Assembly: GCF_016432865.1 (NCBI RefSeq)
Contig: NC_067403.1
Span: 257,052,001 to 257,116,000 of the forward strand
Direction: 5' to 3'
Source: Antechinus flavipes
Taxonomy: Eukaryota
DNA length: 64,000 nucleotides
The translations under genes were made by a program, and so were the position numbers. Each line of letters starts with the position of its first letter. Position 1 is the first letter of the stretch. Below the pieces are notes generated by a model, which was not told the origin of the DNA, ran no database searches, and saw nothing but the letters and a program-made list of their open reading frames with translations. Shown in pieces: positions 49,001 to 60,631 of this stretch.

Positions 49001-50647
49001 AATAAACATTTTGGGCTGGTGGAGACTTTGTTATTGACCTTGACAAATAAACATTTTGGGCTGGGGGGATGACTTTGTTAGTGACCTTGACAAACATTTT
49101 GGACTGGGGGGACTTTGTTAGTGACCTTGACAAATACTTATTTTGGACTGGGGGATTTTGTTAGTGACCTTGAAAAACAACCGTTTTGGGCTGGGGGTTG
49201 GGGAGACTTTGTTATTGACCTTGACAAATAAACATTTTGGGCTGGTGGAGACTTTGTTATTGACCTTGACAAATAAACATTTTGGGCTGGGGGGATGACT
49301 TTGTTAGTGACCTTGACAAACATTTTGGACCGGGGGGACTTTGTTAGTGACCTTGACAAATACTTATTTTGGACTGGGAGGACTTTGTTAGTGACCTTGA
49401 CAAATAAACATTTTGGACTGGGGGGAGGGGATTTTGTTAGTGACCTTGACAAACAACGGTTTTGGATTGAAGATGACTTTGCCATTGACCTTGACAAACA
49501 ACTGTTTCGGGCTGGGGGAACTTTGTTAGTGACTTTGGCAAATACTTATTTTGGACTGGGGGGACTTTGTTAGTGACCTTGACAAATAAACATTTTGGGC
49601 TGGGGGGATGACTTTGTTAGTGACCTTGACAAACAACTGTTTTGGGCTGGGGGTGACTTTGCTATTGACCTTGACAAACAACTGTTTTGGGCTGGGGGGG
49701 ACTTTGTTAGTGACCTTGACAAACAACTGTTTGGGGCTGGGAGAGGATGACTTTGTTAGGGACCTTGACAAATAAACATTTTTTACTGGGGGGATTTTAT
49801 TAGTGACCTTGACAAATAAACATTTTGGACTGGGGGGAGGGGATTTTGTTAGTTACCTTGACAAATAACTGTTTTGGATTGGAGATGACTTTGCTATTGA
49901 CCTTGACAAACAACTGTTTTGGGCTGGGGGGGGACAACTTTGTTAGTGACCTTGACAAATAAACATTTTGGACTGGGGGGGATGACTTTGTTAGTGACCT
50001 GACAAACAACTGTTTTGGGCTAGGGGGACTTTATTAGTGACCTTGACAAATACTTATTTTGGACTGGGGGGAAATGACTTTGTTAGTGACCTTGACAAAT
50101 ACTTATTTTGGACTGGGGGGACTTTGTTAGTGACCTTGACAAATAAACATTTTGGGCTCGGGGGGGGGGGGGATGACTTTGTTAGTGACCTGACAAACAA
50201 CTGTTTTGGGCTGGGGGGGACTTTGTTAGTGACCTTGACAAACAACTGTTTTGGGCTGGGGGGAACTTTGTTAGTGACCTTGACAAATAACTGTTTGGGG
50301 CTGGGAGGGGATGACTTTGTTAGTGACTTTGACAAATAAACATTTTGGACTGGGGGGACTTTGTTAGTGACCTTGACAAATAACTGTTTTGGACTGGGGG
50401 GAACTTTGTTAGTAACCTTGACAAATAAACATTTTGGGCTGGGGGGATGACTTTGTTAGTGACCTTGACAAATAACTGTTTTGGATTGGAGATGACTTTG
50501 CCATTGACCTTGACAAACAACTGTTTTGGGCTGGGGGGAACTTTGTTAGTGACCTTGAAAAACAACTGTTTGGGGTTGGGGGGGGACGATTTTGTTAGTG
50601 ACCTTGACAAATAAACATTTTGGGCTGGGGTGGGGACTTTGTTAGTG
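43097..50647. repeat. 7.55-kb tandem array of ~43-46-bp monomers (roughly 170 copies) with higher-order repeats
   Basis: Consensus GACTTTGTTAGTGACCTTGA-(C/A)AAA(C/T)NNNN(G/A)TTT-TGG(G/A)CTGGGGG. The marker GATTGGAGATG recurs every 316 bp (43481, 43797, 44113; 45725, 46041, 46357). A segment is duplicated at 1972-bp offset (identical or near-identical ORFs at 47166/49138, 47323/49295, 47554/49526). Confidence 0.97.
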
Positions 50648-51436
50648 CAGGGAAGCCCCTTCCACTGATACATTTTCTGCTGTGTCTGCTGTCCAAGGTA
50701 GGGGGGTAACAGTCGCCATTGGCTCCCATCGCCTCATCACAGCCTCTCTGGCTCAGGAGGGGCCTAGAGATTGGGCCTGGAGCCCGGAACCAGCGCCTCG
50801 CCTTCCTCAATGAGGATGGGCGCGGGATCCCGGCAGCCCTGGCTCTGGAGGGAGCTGATGCTCTGAGGGGAGCCCAGAGAGGCTGATTTCCCTCTTGGAT
50901 TGTCCAAATTTTATTTCTTCTCTTCCCACTCCTTCTCTGGTCTAATGTCATGGAAGCCCAAACATAGCTGCCTCTTTCATAAATATATGTATATTCCAAT
51001 TCCCATATTCACACATATATATTCTATCATTTAACAGGTTTAAGTTTTGAGTCCCAGATTCTCTCCCTTCCTCCCCTCCCCCCATTGAGAAGGCCAGCGC
51101 TGTGAGGCAGAGATTACACATGGAGTCACCTCCTTCCCAAGTGATCCCATCTGAGCTTGTTAAAAACACTGGGAGGGAGGCATCCTGTGCCCATTTTACA
51201 GATGGTGGAACTGAGGAAGACAGAAGTGAATGTGACATCCCTAGCTGCACAGCCGTCCGTAGATGGTGGGTCTTGTTTGAGGAGCAGCCGGGAGGCCCGA
51301 TGGGGTCGAGGCCTGGAAACAGAGGATTTCTGCCAGGAATTTGCCACCAGCAGCTTCTGACCCCGTGCCTCCTCGGCCCAAGAGCTCTCTGCTGCCCAGC
51401 CGCTTTTTCACCTACTTCCCTTCACACGGGACACAT

Positions 51437-51650
51437 AAAGCGTACTAAGTACCCAGCACATAGTAGGTGCTATAGGAGACAATACACGCTTCTACTTCAC
51501 GGGGATCTCGGGGGATAGTATTTATAAAGTACTTAGTGCCTGGCACATAGTAGGTGCTATAGGAGACAATACCTGCTTCTACTTCATAGGAATCTGGGGG
51601 AATAGTATGTAAAGCACTTAGTACCTGGCACATAGTAGGTGCTATACAAA
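51437..51650. repeat. ~86-bp tandem repeat, 2.5 copies, built from an L2/MIR-type tail
   Basis: CACATAGTAGGTGCTATA at 51457, 51544 and 51629. Confidence 0.85.
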
Positions 51651-52504
51651 TCTGAGCTATTGTTGTTGCTGTCGTCAGCCATAAGAGCCTTCACTGGGCA
51701 CAGGGAGAAACTGAAATCCAAACAGAAGATTATTAAGTCGGCCAGGAGCCTGAACATGTGTTCACATGAGGTGACGGCCCTTGCGGGGGGGGGGCATTTC
51801 AAGGAGGGCAGATGTGGGTAATAAAGTGCAAACCCATCTTGTGACCAGTCTGTGACTGGGAGGCAGCTCTGGCCTTCCCCAGGAAAATCTCATCAGCATG
51901 ATAAGAATGGGAAGGGGAAGGGGAGGGAATAAGCAGTTAGGAAGTGCCTACTATGTGTCAGGTGCATGCTAAGTGCTTTACAAATATCACTTCATTGGAT
52001 TCTCACCACAAACTTGCAATTGCATTCCCCCCCATAGTCAATTTCACAGTTAAAGGGAAATAAAGAAGAGGTTAAGGGACTTTATCAGGGCCACACATCC
52101 CGTGGGGGTTTATAGTGAGTCTTCATCAGGGGGGATCCAGCGGTCTGGGGGTGGGGAGACTCAAAGACCACAACAAACTGCTAATTGACGTTAATTGGTT
52201 AAATGGAACCGGGACGCTGATCATTGGCAGTTAATGTACTAGGGGGGAGGCTCCGGCTGATGGAGTTTTAAAAAGGTATCATTTCCCTGGAACTACGAGG
52301 GGTGGAGAGAGTCCTCCAGACTTTGGGAGGCCACCTCCGGTCCACCCTCCCTCCAGCCTCCCCCTGAGACAGTGGCGTACACAGATGCCATGGCTGCCTC
52401 CTCCTGGGGGAGGCTGCCATTTTCTGGGCTTCTCTCAGGTAGGGGATTTGCCAGCTCCCAGAGGAAGCTGAATGAGACGACACACCTACTGACACAATTC
52501 TATC

Positions 52505-52890
52505 TCTTTTTTGGGTCATTTTTTGGTTGAAGCTTTTTATTTTCCAAAGCTTGTGTTCCAATTTTCCCTCCCTTCCCCCACCCCCGTTCCTAGAAGGCAA
52601 GTAATCCAGTATATGTTAAACATGATAAAAATGTATGTAAATTCAGTCTATGTGCATATGTTTATATAATTATCTTGCTGCACAAGAAGAATCAGATCAA
52701 AAAGAAAAAAAAATGAGAAAAAAACGAAATGCAAGCAAACAAAAAGTGAGAGTGCCATGTTGGGGTCCACACCCCGGTCCCACAGTCCTCTCCCCATCAC
52801 GAGATCACGGGAACCGCCCCGGATCGGCTCGTTGTTGAGAAGAGCCACGTCCATCGGGACTGATCGTGGAGTAATCCTGCCGTGGCCGTG
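52505..52890 (-). mobile_element. L1 3' UTR fragment, antisense
   Basis: Homologous to 35160-35545. Confidence 0.7.
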
Positions 52891-54940
52891 ACACAATTAC
52901 ATCAGAGAGAATAGCAAAAGCTGTTCCTTACATAGCATCTGGTGGTTTGCAGAGTACTTTACGTTGAGCCTTGTGATGGACGTAAGCAGCCCAGGCCCAT
53001 TTTACAGATGAACAAACTGAGAAATGGCAGGAGGGAGACGCCTTGGCTAAGCCTCAGCTGGATTCTAGACACAAGCTGACCAGAGCCCGGGTCTGCACAA
53101 GGCAGATGGCACACCCTGGGGGCATTTACCATCAGGCCATGGTGTGCCCTCCGGCCTTTGTACCGGGCACCAGGAGGATTCTGTCTCTCCTCTTCCTACA
53201 TCTGGGCTAAGAGGGCCGAGAGCTTCATTCGCTTCCTCTTTATTTACCTGCGTCAGGTCAGAAACAAAAGCTTTTGCCGTTGAATTGAGTCTCTCTTGGA
53301 TATTTCGGTGCTAGAGAAGGGATTGGCTGGAGCCCCAGGTGGTGAGGTGCAGAACTGATCCCCCCCCAAGCAGCCCCCGCAATCCATAGTGGTCAAGAGG
53401 GGCTACGACTGGAACCCTCTTCCCGTCTCTGTCTCGGCCTCTGACCCTATCCGTCCCTGGGATCTTCCCCCAGATCTGTCCCTCGCTTCTGATCTCCGTG
53501 CATGTTTCTCTCCCCCTCCATCCCCATCTCCGTCTCCATTTTGATTCCTTTCTCTGTCTACAAGAGAAAGCAGGTCCCCGGGCGCCTGAAATGGCTGACT
53601 AGCCCCGACTTCCTCTTCTCTCTCTGGCCAATCCGCGCGTTCTTCATGACGCAGTGAGTAATTTGCTCTCCATGGCTCCGGCTTCTGCTGAAATCCATCC
53701 ATGAGTGGGAATAACAATTCCTGCCCTCCCACTGTTCTCAGGGGAGTTGGGAGGAACAAACGAAATCGTTGCTGGAAGTGAAGAGCAGAACGGCTCTCCC
53801 GTAGACCCGGGCAGGATTAAACATGGCTGGAAACGACATGTATGTTGCCTATGTATGTGAAGCTGTCCCAAAAGTCTCAGGGCAGCTTAAAGCTCCAATA
53901 GCATCCCACAGCACGAAGACTTTGGGGACACAATGTATAGCCACGGACAGACACATGTAATACACATATGCCTATATGTGACAAGCCCCGTGTGATGAGA
54001 AGGACAGTCCTACATAAGCTATGGGGAGGCAGAATAGACAAATCTAGCTTCTTCCCCCCATTCTTCTCCAAGAGACATTTTAATTCCCACCAGGAAATGA
54101 AGCAGGAGGTTGGAGTGAGAGGCTGCTACGCTGCTCTTCTCAGAGAAAAGGGCTAACATGACATCTCTTTCCTTAAATTTATTAATCGAAGGGATGTGAT
54201 TTTTAGCTTCAAGCTAACTTCTGATGCTGTTTCAAATTTAGAGGGGAAGAAGGAGCCCCAGGCCTACGTCCAAGACTTGCCCCCAGTCCCACAGTGCACA
54301 CACACTTAGCAATTAGCCAAGAAAATCCATTGAACCAAACCAGTAATAAAACGGAAATCAGAGAATATGTATCAGACACTGCAGAACTGAGTCAGAGATA
54401 ACAGCTTAAGCTGGATCATCCCCCAGGGAGAAACTGCACCAAGTCCCTCTTGCAACAAGCTGGGGAGAGGGACATGATGGAGACCGCCAGCCCCTCCGTG
54501 TCTTCCCAGTCTTTTCCTTCAGCCCCTTGAGCTGGACTGGACGTCATCCTTCTCTCTCAAAGCTGGAAGCCGGGAGTGCCCGGAAGGACCCATCATTTGC
54601 ACCCATCAAGGGATAGTTCCATTCTTCTGGGCTCTGGGGCTGGGCTCCCAGTCTGTGGGGAGATCTATTTGGGGTCAAAGCCCAGCTTTGTTACTAGCGG
54701 GATAACGTAAGCAAATCTTTTCCACTTGTAAGTGGAAAGTTTCCCTCTCTTGTGTAACCCAAACACCCCAGACTCTGGACTTTCCCCCCTAGATTGCTTC
54801 TCTTAAGTTAATTTGGCCCCATCTCAAGCCTCCTCTGGGAAACAGCTTCCCATGCAAGCACCCCAAGTAATACTGTTTATTCATTACAAGATAGACTTTC
54901 AGTTCATAATGAAACAAATCAAAACAAAGTCCTTCTGGGA

Positions 54941-54941
<1 letters not shown>

Positions 54942-54984
<43 letters not shown>
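54942..54984. repeat. (CA)n microsatellite
   Basis: Direct run. Confidence 0.95.
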
Positions 54985-54986
<2 letters not shown>

Positions 54987-55599
54987 ACTCTTGATTCTTC
55001 TGGTGAGCCCTGGTTTTCCCCCAGAAATCTGTTCAATCTTCCCAACTTTGGTTTGACGTCCCCCTTGGAAACTGGAATTTCCTCTGTTAGTAAAACTACC
55101 CATTCTCCCCCCAACCCCAACAATTATTCCATTCATTTTGTATATCATTTGTTTTTCCTTATCTGTGCCTATGTTGTTCTCTCTCCCATCCTAGTAAAAT
55201 ATTAGCCCAAGGAAGTCAGGGGCAGTTTTAGCTGCATCTGCACGTGGCCCAGTACTAGGCTTAGAGTTAGTTCTTAATAAATGTGCTTAGGACAAAGGCA
55301 AGAACTCGTGCTCAGAGACTGCCATCCCTGCTTCCTGACCTTCCTCATGCCTTTGTGATAGTAGCTGGGACTGGGGCTTCCTTTAAAAAGGGCTGGCTGG
55401 ACAGCTCAGGGAGGCAGGGAGGTGGTCTTGTTCTCAAGGTGGGGGCTGAATTGTAGAGTTCCCAGGCCGCTGACTCTTGGGAGGCTACTTTATCTGAGTA
55501 TCAGGCTTAATATCCCTTCAGTCAGCTTCAAACGGGGCCTGAGAGGGAGCTGAAACCCCCCAAGGCAATCCTGGAGAGGTTAAAGGCAGGAAATCTCAG

Positions 55600-55900
55600 C
55601 AGCAGTCTTGGTTGTGTCCTTTGTTCTCGAGAGCCCAGTTACAGTGTGCCCGACTGTGGCCCATCAGACCCATATGAGCACGGAGTGCTCTGCCACGGGT
55701 CGGACACAAATAGTCCATGTGAACATTTTTTTGGGGGGGGGCGGGGCTTCTCTAACTTTGAACATCTTGCATTTCTTTTGGACTAATTCAATCCTGCTTG
55801 GTTCACAGACTCAGCCCCTTCTCTGACGAGGTACGCCATGCTGGGCGGTCCTGAGCTAGTGTCTCCCATGTAATATAATTGATGGCAGTCTGAGGTTCTC
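55600..55900 (-). mobile_element. Probable RTE-type LINE remnant
   Basis: GGTCGGACACAAATAGTCC and CGCCATGCTGGGCGGTCCTG...GTGTCTCCCATG resemble marsupial RTE sequence (from memory). Confidence 0.4.
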
Positions 55901-58297
55901 TAATTCAGCCATCTTAGATGGGATATCGCAGCTCATTCTGAGAAGAGAGAAATGGACTATGAACATCAGCTCAGTGGCTAAAGCTCCCTCGGGCCCTGAA
56001 ATCTGCCCACTCACACAAGGTCTCCCTTTTCCCAAGGAGGAATCCACGTTTTCAATGGACAAACATCCCAGGCCTTCGGATTGTCTATGAGATCTGTGTG
56101 ACTGGCCTGGAGTGGGATCTGTCTGGGCGGGAGGGTGAGGAACAAGCCTGTGGCTTGACTAGAGCAGAGGCCGGGTAAAGGGCTAAAGGGATGAAGGGGC
56201 ACCCAGGGGTCCCAGAGTCCGGAGTGACTTGAGCGGAGCCACTTCCTTGATCCGCTCTCGGATGCGTCATGTTCTTCGGGTGGAGAAGACTGGACCGTCT
56301 TTGGCTTTGTGAGTCACTTCCAGTGTCTATTTCTGGGCTTTCCTTAGTTACCAATTTTTGCCCTTTGGAGTTGGAAGGAGATAGCTTGAGAACAAGGTAA
56401 AGGCAATCCTCCTAGAGGGGTGGAGTTTGGCCCTCTCCTTTTACTAAGGCACTGGAGGCCATCCACTGGGAGTGACTTCCTTTCTCCCTCACACCTTTGA
56501 TCCCTCTGTAAAAAGACAATAAAGTTTCCAAGGTGCAAAGGAAAGATTTGGAGTGGGGGGAACTGGGTTCAAATCTCACTTCTGACTCTTTCTATCTTTT
56601 GTAGTCTTGACTAACTCACTTAATGCCTCAGTTTTATCAGCTGTAAAATGGGGATTTCTTCCAACTGTAAATCTATTGCCATGAATTTTAGGATCCCTCT
56701 CCATCATTCCCCAGTCTCTTCTTCAATCTTTGACCTTGCCAAGGTCCTCCTGGCTGGGGGGGTTTCCTCCAGGGCTGCCCTGCCTGCTCCGGGCCCTCTC
56801 CCTTGTCCCCCTCACCGGCCCCCTCATGGAAAGGCGACTCCCAGATCCAGAGCCAGCCCGGTGTCGCACTCTGAGTCACAAACTACCTCGCAGACATTTC
56901 CATGAATGTTTCGGAGAACTCTGACTCAAGGCATCCCCCCCAGAAGGCGTTGCCGCTCCCTTGCAATCTCCCTCTTCCAACCTTGTCTTTCTTTGAAGGG
57001 CCCCGCTCCCCGACTCCCAGCTTGGGGACCTCAGCTCCTCACCCGGCTGTGCTTATGCCTTCCAGATTCACCATTCCTGCCTCGGCACCGTCTGGCATCC
57101 AATCCGTTCCTTCCACTCACAAGCCATCACTCAGCGCTCTCAGCCCCTGCAGGACCCCCTAACCCTGGTTCCCCACCCCAAGCTTCCCAGGCTTGTGGGG
57201 AAGAGCAGGTAAGATTGTACTGGAAAGTGCTTTGGAAACCTCCCAGTGGTAGACTTTTCCCTGAAGTAGCACCACCCATCTCTGGCCCAGCCAGGGGAAT
57301 TGACCGAGAGGCCCGTGCATCCTGAGACTTATGGACCCTGGGCTTGGGGGCCGTCCTTCCTGGGCTGCGGGAGTGCCCTTTCTCCAGCTCTGGGATAACC
57401 CCCTCGTGGCCATCAGTGCCAGGGTTCTGTGGGTGCTCACTCTATCCCACGGGCACTGTACCCACTGTACCCACGTGGCCCAGGTCGGCTGTTGGTGCTC
57501 CCAGATTGCTTGAGAACCTCGTGCACCTGAGGACATCGTGCCCTCCTCAGCAGCCCTGGTGCTCCCTGGGGCACGGGCTCATGGGTGTTCCTGGAAGCCG
57601 GATGGACGGCCTCAGGATGCGCCGTGTATCGGGCCTGACTCCAGTCCTTGACACTGGGGGGTCCTCCCAGGGAGGACTCTCTGTACCCACAGTAGGTCTG
57701 GAAGAGACCCGCTCAGACTGGCTGAAGCCATCCCTTCCAGGTAGTCCCGGCTCCAGACCTGGCCGCCAACTGGTGGGAATGTAGATCTAAACACTGGCTT
57801 TCTAGCTCTCTCCAGCTTCCATGCTGCATGAACGAGGGCAGAGATCCTGGGTTCAGATCCCAGCTCTGCCAGTTTGGGTCATTCTGGACGAGCCATTTAA
57901 TTTTGCCAGGTCTTGGTTTATTTCTGCAACAAGAGGGCTTCTAGTAAATCTCTGATCCTAGCTCAATCCACCTGGTGTTTTTACAGTTCAGTAAACTGAG
58001 ACCTGTCAAGGGAAGGGGGTTGGAGAAGACATTCATCTTCTCCCAGCCCGGAGGAGCCCTCCCTCCCTCCCTCCCTTCTCTGCTTCCTACCTGAGCCTCC
58101 CATTAGGCCTGAAGCACCAATTACCAGGAATCACTTTTTCCTGATTGTGTCTGGTTTCCTTGGCAACCTCTCTAGAAGCAGCTCTGGGGCTCAGACCTCT
58201 TCTCCAAACACTGCAAGGATTCTAGGATGGCCTCCTCCCCCACTCCTTTGTCTCTCAGAGCCAAGTTAAAGACCCCTGCTCCCAGCTTTCCCTTTCA

Positions 58298-59586
58298 CCC
58301 CCACCACTTAGGACCCCAACACTTAGGGCCCCCAACATTTAGGGCCCCCACTGCTTAGAGTCCCAGTACTTAGGGTCCCCACCATTTAGGGTCCCCACTG
58401 CTTAGGGCCCCCACTGCTTAGTGCCCCCACCACTTAGGGCCCCCACTGCTTAGTGCCCCACTGCTTAGAGCCCCACTGCTTAGTGCCCCCACTGCTTAGA
58501 GTCCCATCACTTAGGGTCCCCACTGCTTAGGGCCCCCACTGCTTAGTGCCCCCACCACTTAGGGCCCCCACTGCTTAGAGCCCCACTGCTTAGTGCCCCC
58601 ACTGCTTAGAGTCCCATCACTTAGGGTCCCCACTGCTTAGGGTGCCCACCGCTTAGGGTCCCCACCACTTAGGGCCCCTACTGCTTAGGGCCCCCACTGC
58701 TTAGGGCCCCCACTGCTTAAAGCCCCACTGCTTAGAGCCCCACTGCTTAGTGCCCCACTGCTTAGTGCCCCACTGCTTAGTGCCCCCACCACTTAGGGCC
58801 CCCACTGCTTAGTGCCCCACTGCTTAGAGCCCCACTGCTTAGTGCCCCCACTGCTTAGAGTCCCATCACTTAGGGTCCCCACTGCTTAGGGCCCCCACTG
58901 CTTAGGGCCCCCACCACTTAGGCCCCCACTGCTTAGAGCCCCACTGCTTAGTGCCCCCACTGCTTAGAGTCCCATCACTTAGGGTCCCCACTGCTTAGGG
59001 TGCCCACCGCTTAGGGTCCCCACCACTTAGGGCCCCTACTGCTTAGGGTCCCCACCACTTAGGGCCCCCACCGCTTAGAGCCCCACTGCTTAGAGCCCCA
59101 CTGCTTAGTGCCCCCACTGCTTAGAGTCCCATCACTTAGGGGCTCCACCACTTAGGGTCCCCACCGCTTAGGGCCCTCACTGCTTAGTGCCCCCACTGCT
59201 TAGTGCCCCCACTGCTTAGTGCCCCCACTGCTTAGAGCCCCACTGCTTAGAGCCCCACCGCTTAGGGCCCTCACTGCTTAGTGCCCCACTGCTTAGTGCC
59301 CCACTGCTTAGAGTCCCACCACTTAGGGTCCCCACTGCTTAGTGCCCCCACTGCTTAGAGTCCCATCACTTAGGGTCCCCACTGCTTAGTGCCCCCACTG
59401 CTTAGAGTCCCATCACTTAGGGTTCCCACCACTTAGGGTCCCCACCGCTTAGTGCCCCCACTGCTTAGAGTCCCATCACTTAGGGTCCCCACCACTTAGG
59501 GTCCCCACCGCTTAGGGCCCTCACTGCTTAGTGCCCCCACTGCTTAGTGCCCCCACTGCTTAGAGTCCCACCACTTAGGGTGCCCA
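58298..59586. repeat. 16-17-bp minisatellite (CCCCCACTGCTTAGGG and variants), about 75-80 copies
   Basis: CTTAG recurs every 16-17 bp followed by GG, TG or AG. A ~358-bp internal duplication (GGTGCCCACC at 58641 and 58999). Confidence 0.97.
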
Positions 59587-60631
59587 TACCAAGGCCTTTC
59601 TTCCCCAGACTTTGCAAGTGTCTGAGCATGGGAAGCAGAGCTGGGGACTAAGAGCCTGAAAGACCTGGATTCAGATACTACTTCTACACATGGCTACCTG
59701 GGAGTTGCTTCTTTTTGGGGCACTTCCCCAAGACTAAGTGGCGGAGCCGGGGCTCGCCTGAGGGCGTTTCCTGTGCCCAGCCCCCCACCCCCTTTGTGGG
59801 CTGAGCTCTTCCAGTAACGGCCCCCAAGCCCTTTCACTTTTTGGGTTCTATGATTCCCTGTGTCCAGGGTCTTGTCACACAACATGTGCTGCTTGATGGG
59901 TATTGGGCACTCTAGTGTCTGAACCCCAGAATCTTGGGCGTGGGAAGGACAGAAGAGGCAGTTGCTCTAATCTGGGGCTGAACTGAGGTTCAGACTCCCC
60001 CTCCCGGGACCTCCTCACCCCCATACCCGGTCTTGGTGCAAGAACCTCCCTCCTGAGGGATAGCTCCAGGCTAGAAGGCTTTCCCTGACCCTGAGCTTAA
60101 TAGGGGGCATTTAGATCCCAGTGGGACGGGAGGAGCGCCCTCTTCCACGGACTGAGCTCCCCAGCCCTTCTCTTCTCCCGCCCCAGGTCCTCCTCCATTA
60201 CGGGCTCCAGGCTCCTGACTTTCTTGCCCTTGGTCTTCTCCAGTGAAATGATATCCTGGCCAAAATGGGCTGCCCCTAATGGCCACCATCCCAAAGTGGG
60301 GACTGATCAGCTAAGCTCTGGCCATTGCCCCAATGGCTGCTCCTTTGGGTTGTTGGCCCACGCTGAGCTTCCGGTTTACTGAAACTTGTAATTTTCAGGT
60401 TGACTATGGTGTGAGCGCAGCCTCCTCCACCCCAACCTGGGAAACTGGTGTAGACCTTGATCTGCCCACTGAAATGCTTAGAACGTTCAGCATAGGGTTC
60501 TAGTTTTCCAAGACCCTTTTAGAACCTGGCTACCATTCAAAGGGTCCCCTGACTCAGACTGGCTCGTTCTTCCCAGCTTGGAGGCTCTACAAGTCTGAGG
60601 TCTTAGTCCGGAGCCCGCCTTGTAGTGGGTT

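Noticed and set aside
43097-50647. CRISPR array (constant core with variable intervening segments)
   Set aside because: The variable segments are a handful of recurring variants rather than unique spacers, no cas genes are present, and the context is mammalian.
43528-50673. Many ORFs with SRSLTKSPP / LLVTLTNNCFG repeats
   Set aside because: Translations of the tandem array. G-run length changes shift frames constantly, so no frame is maintained.
58298-59586. True interstitial telomeric (TTAGGG)n tract
   Set aside because: The hexamers are isolated within 16-17-bp units and never tandem.
60097-60294. Pseudogene or exon fragment (DIISLEKTKGKKVRSLEPVMEED)
   Set aside because: No recognisable parent protein and no consistent splice structure.
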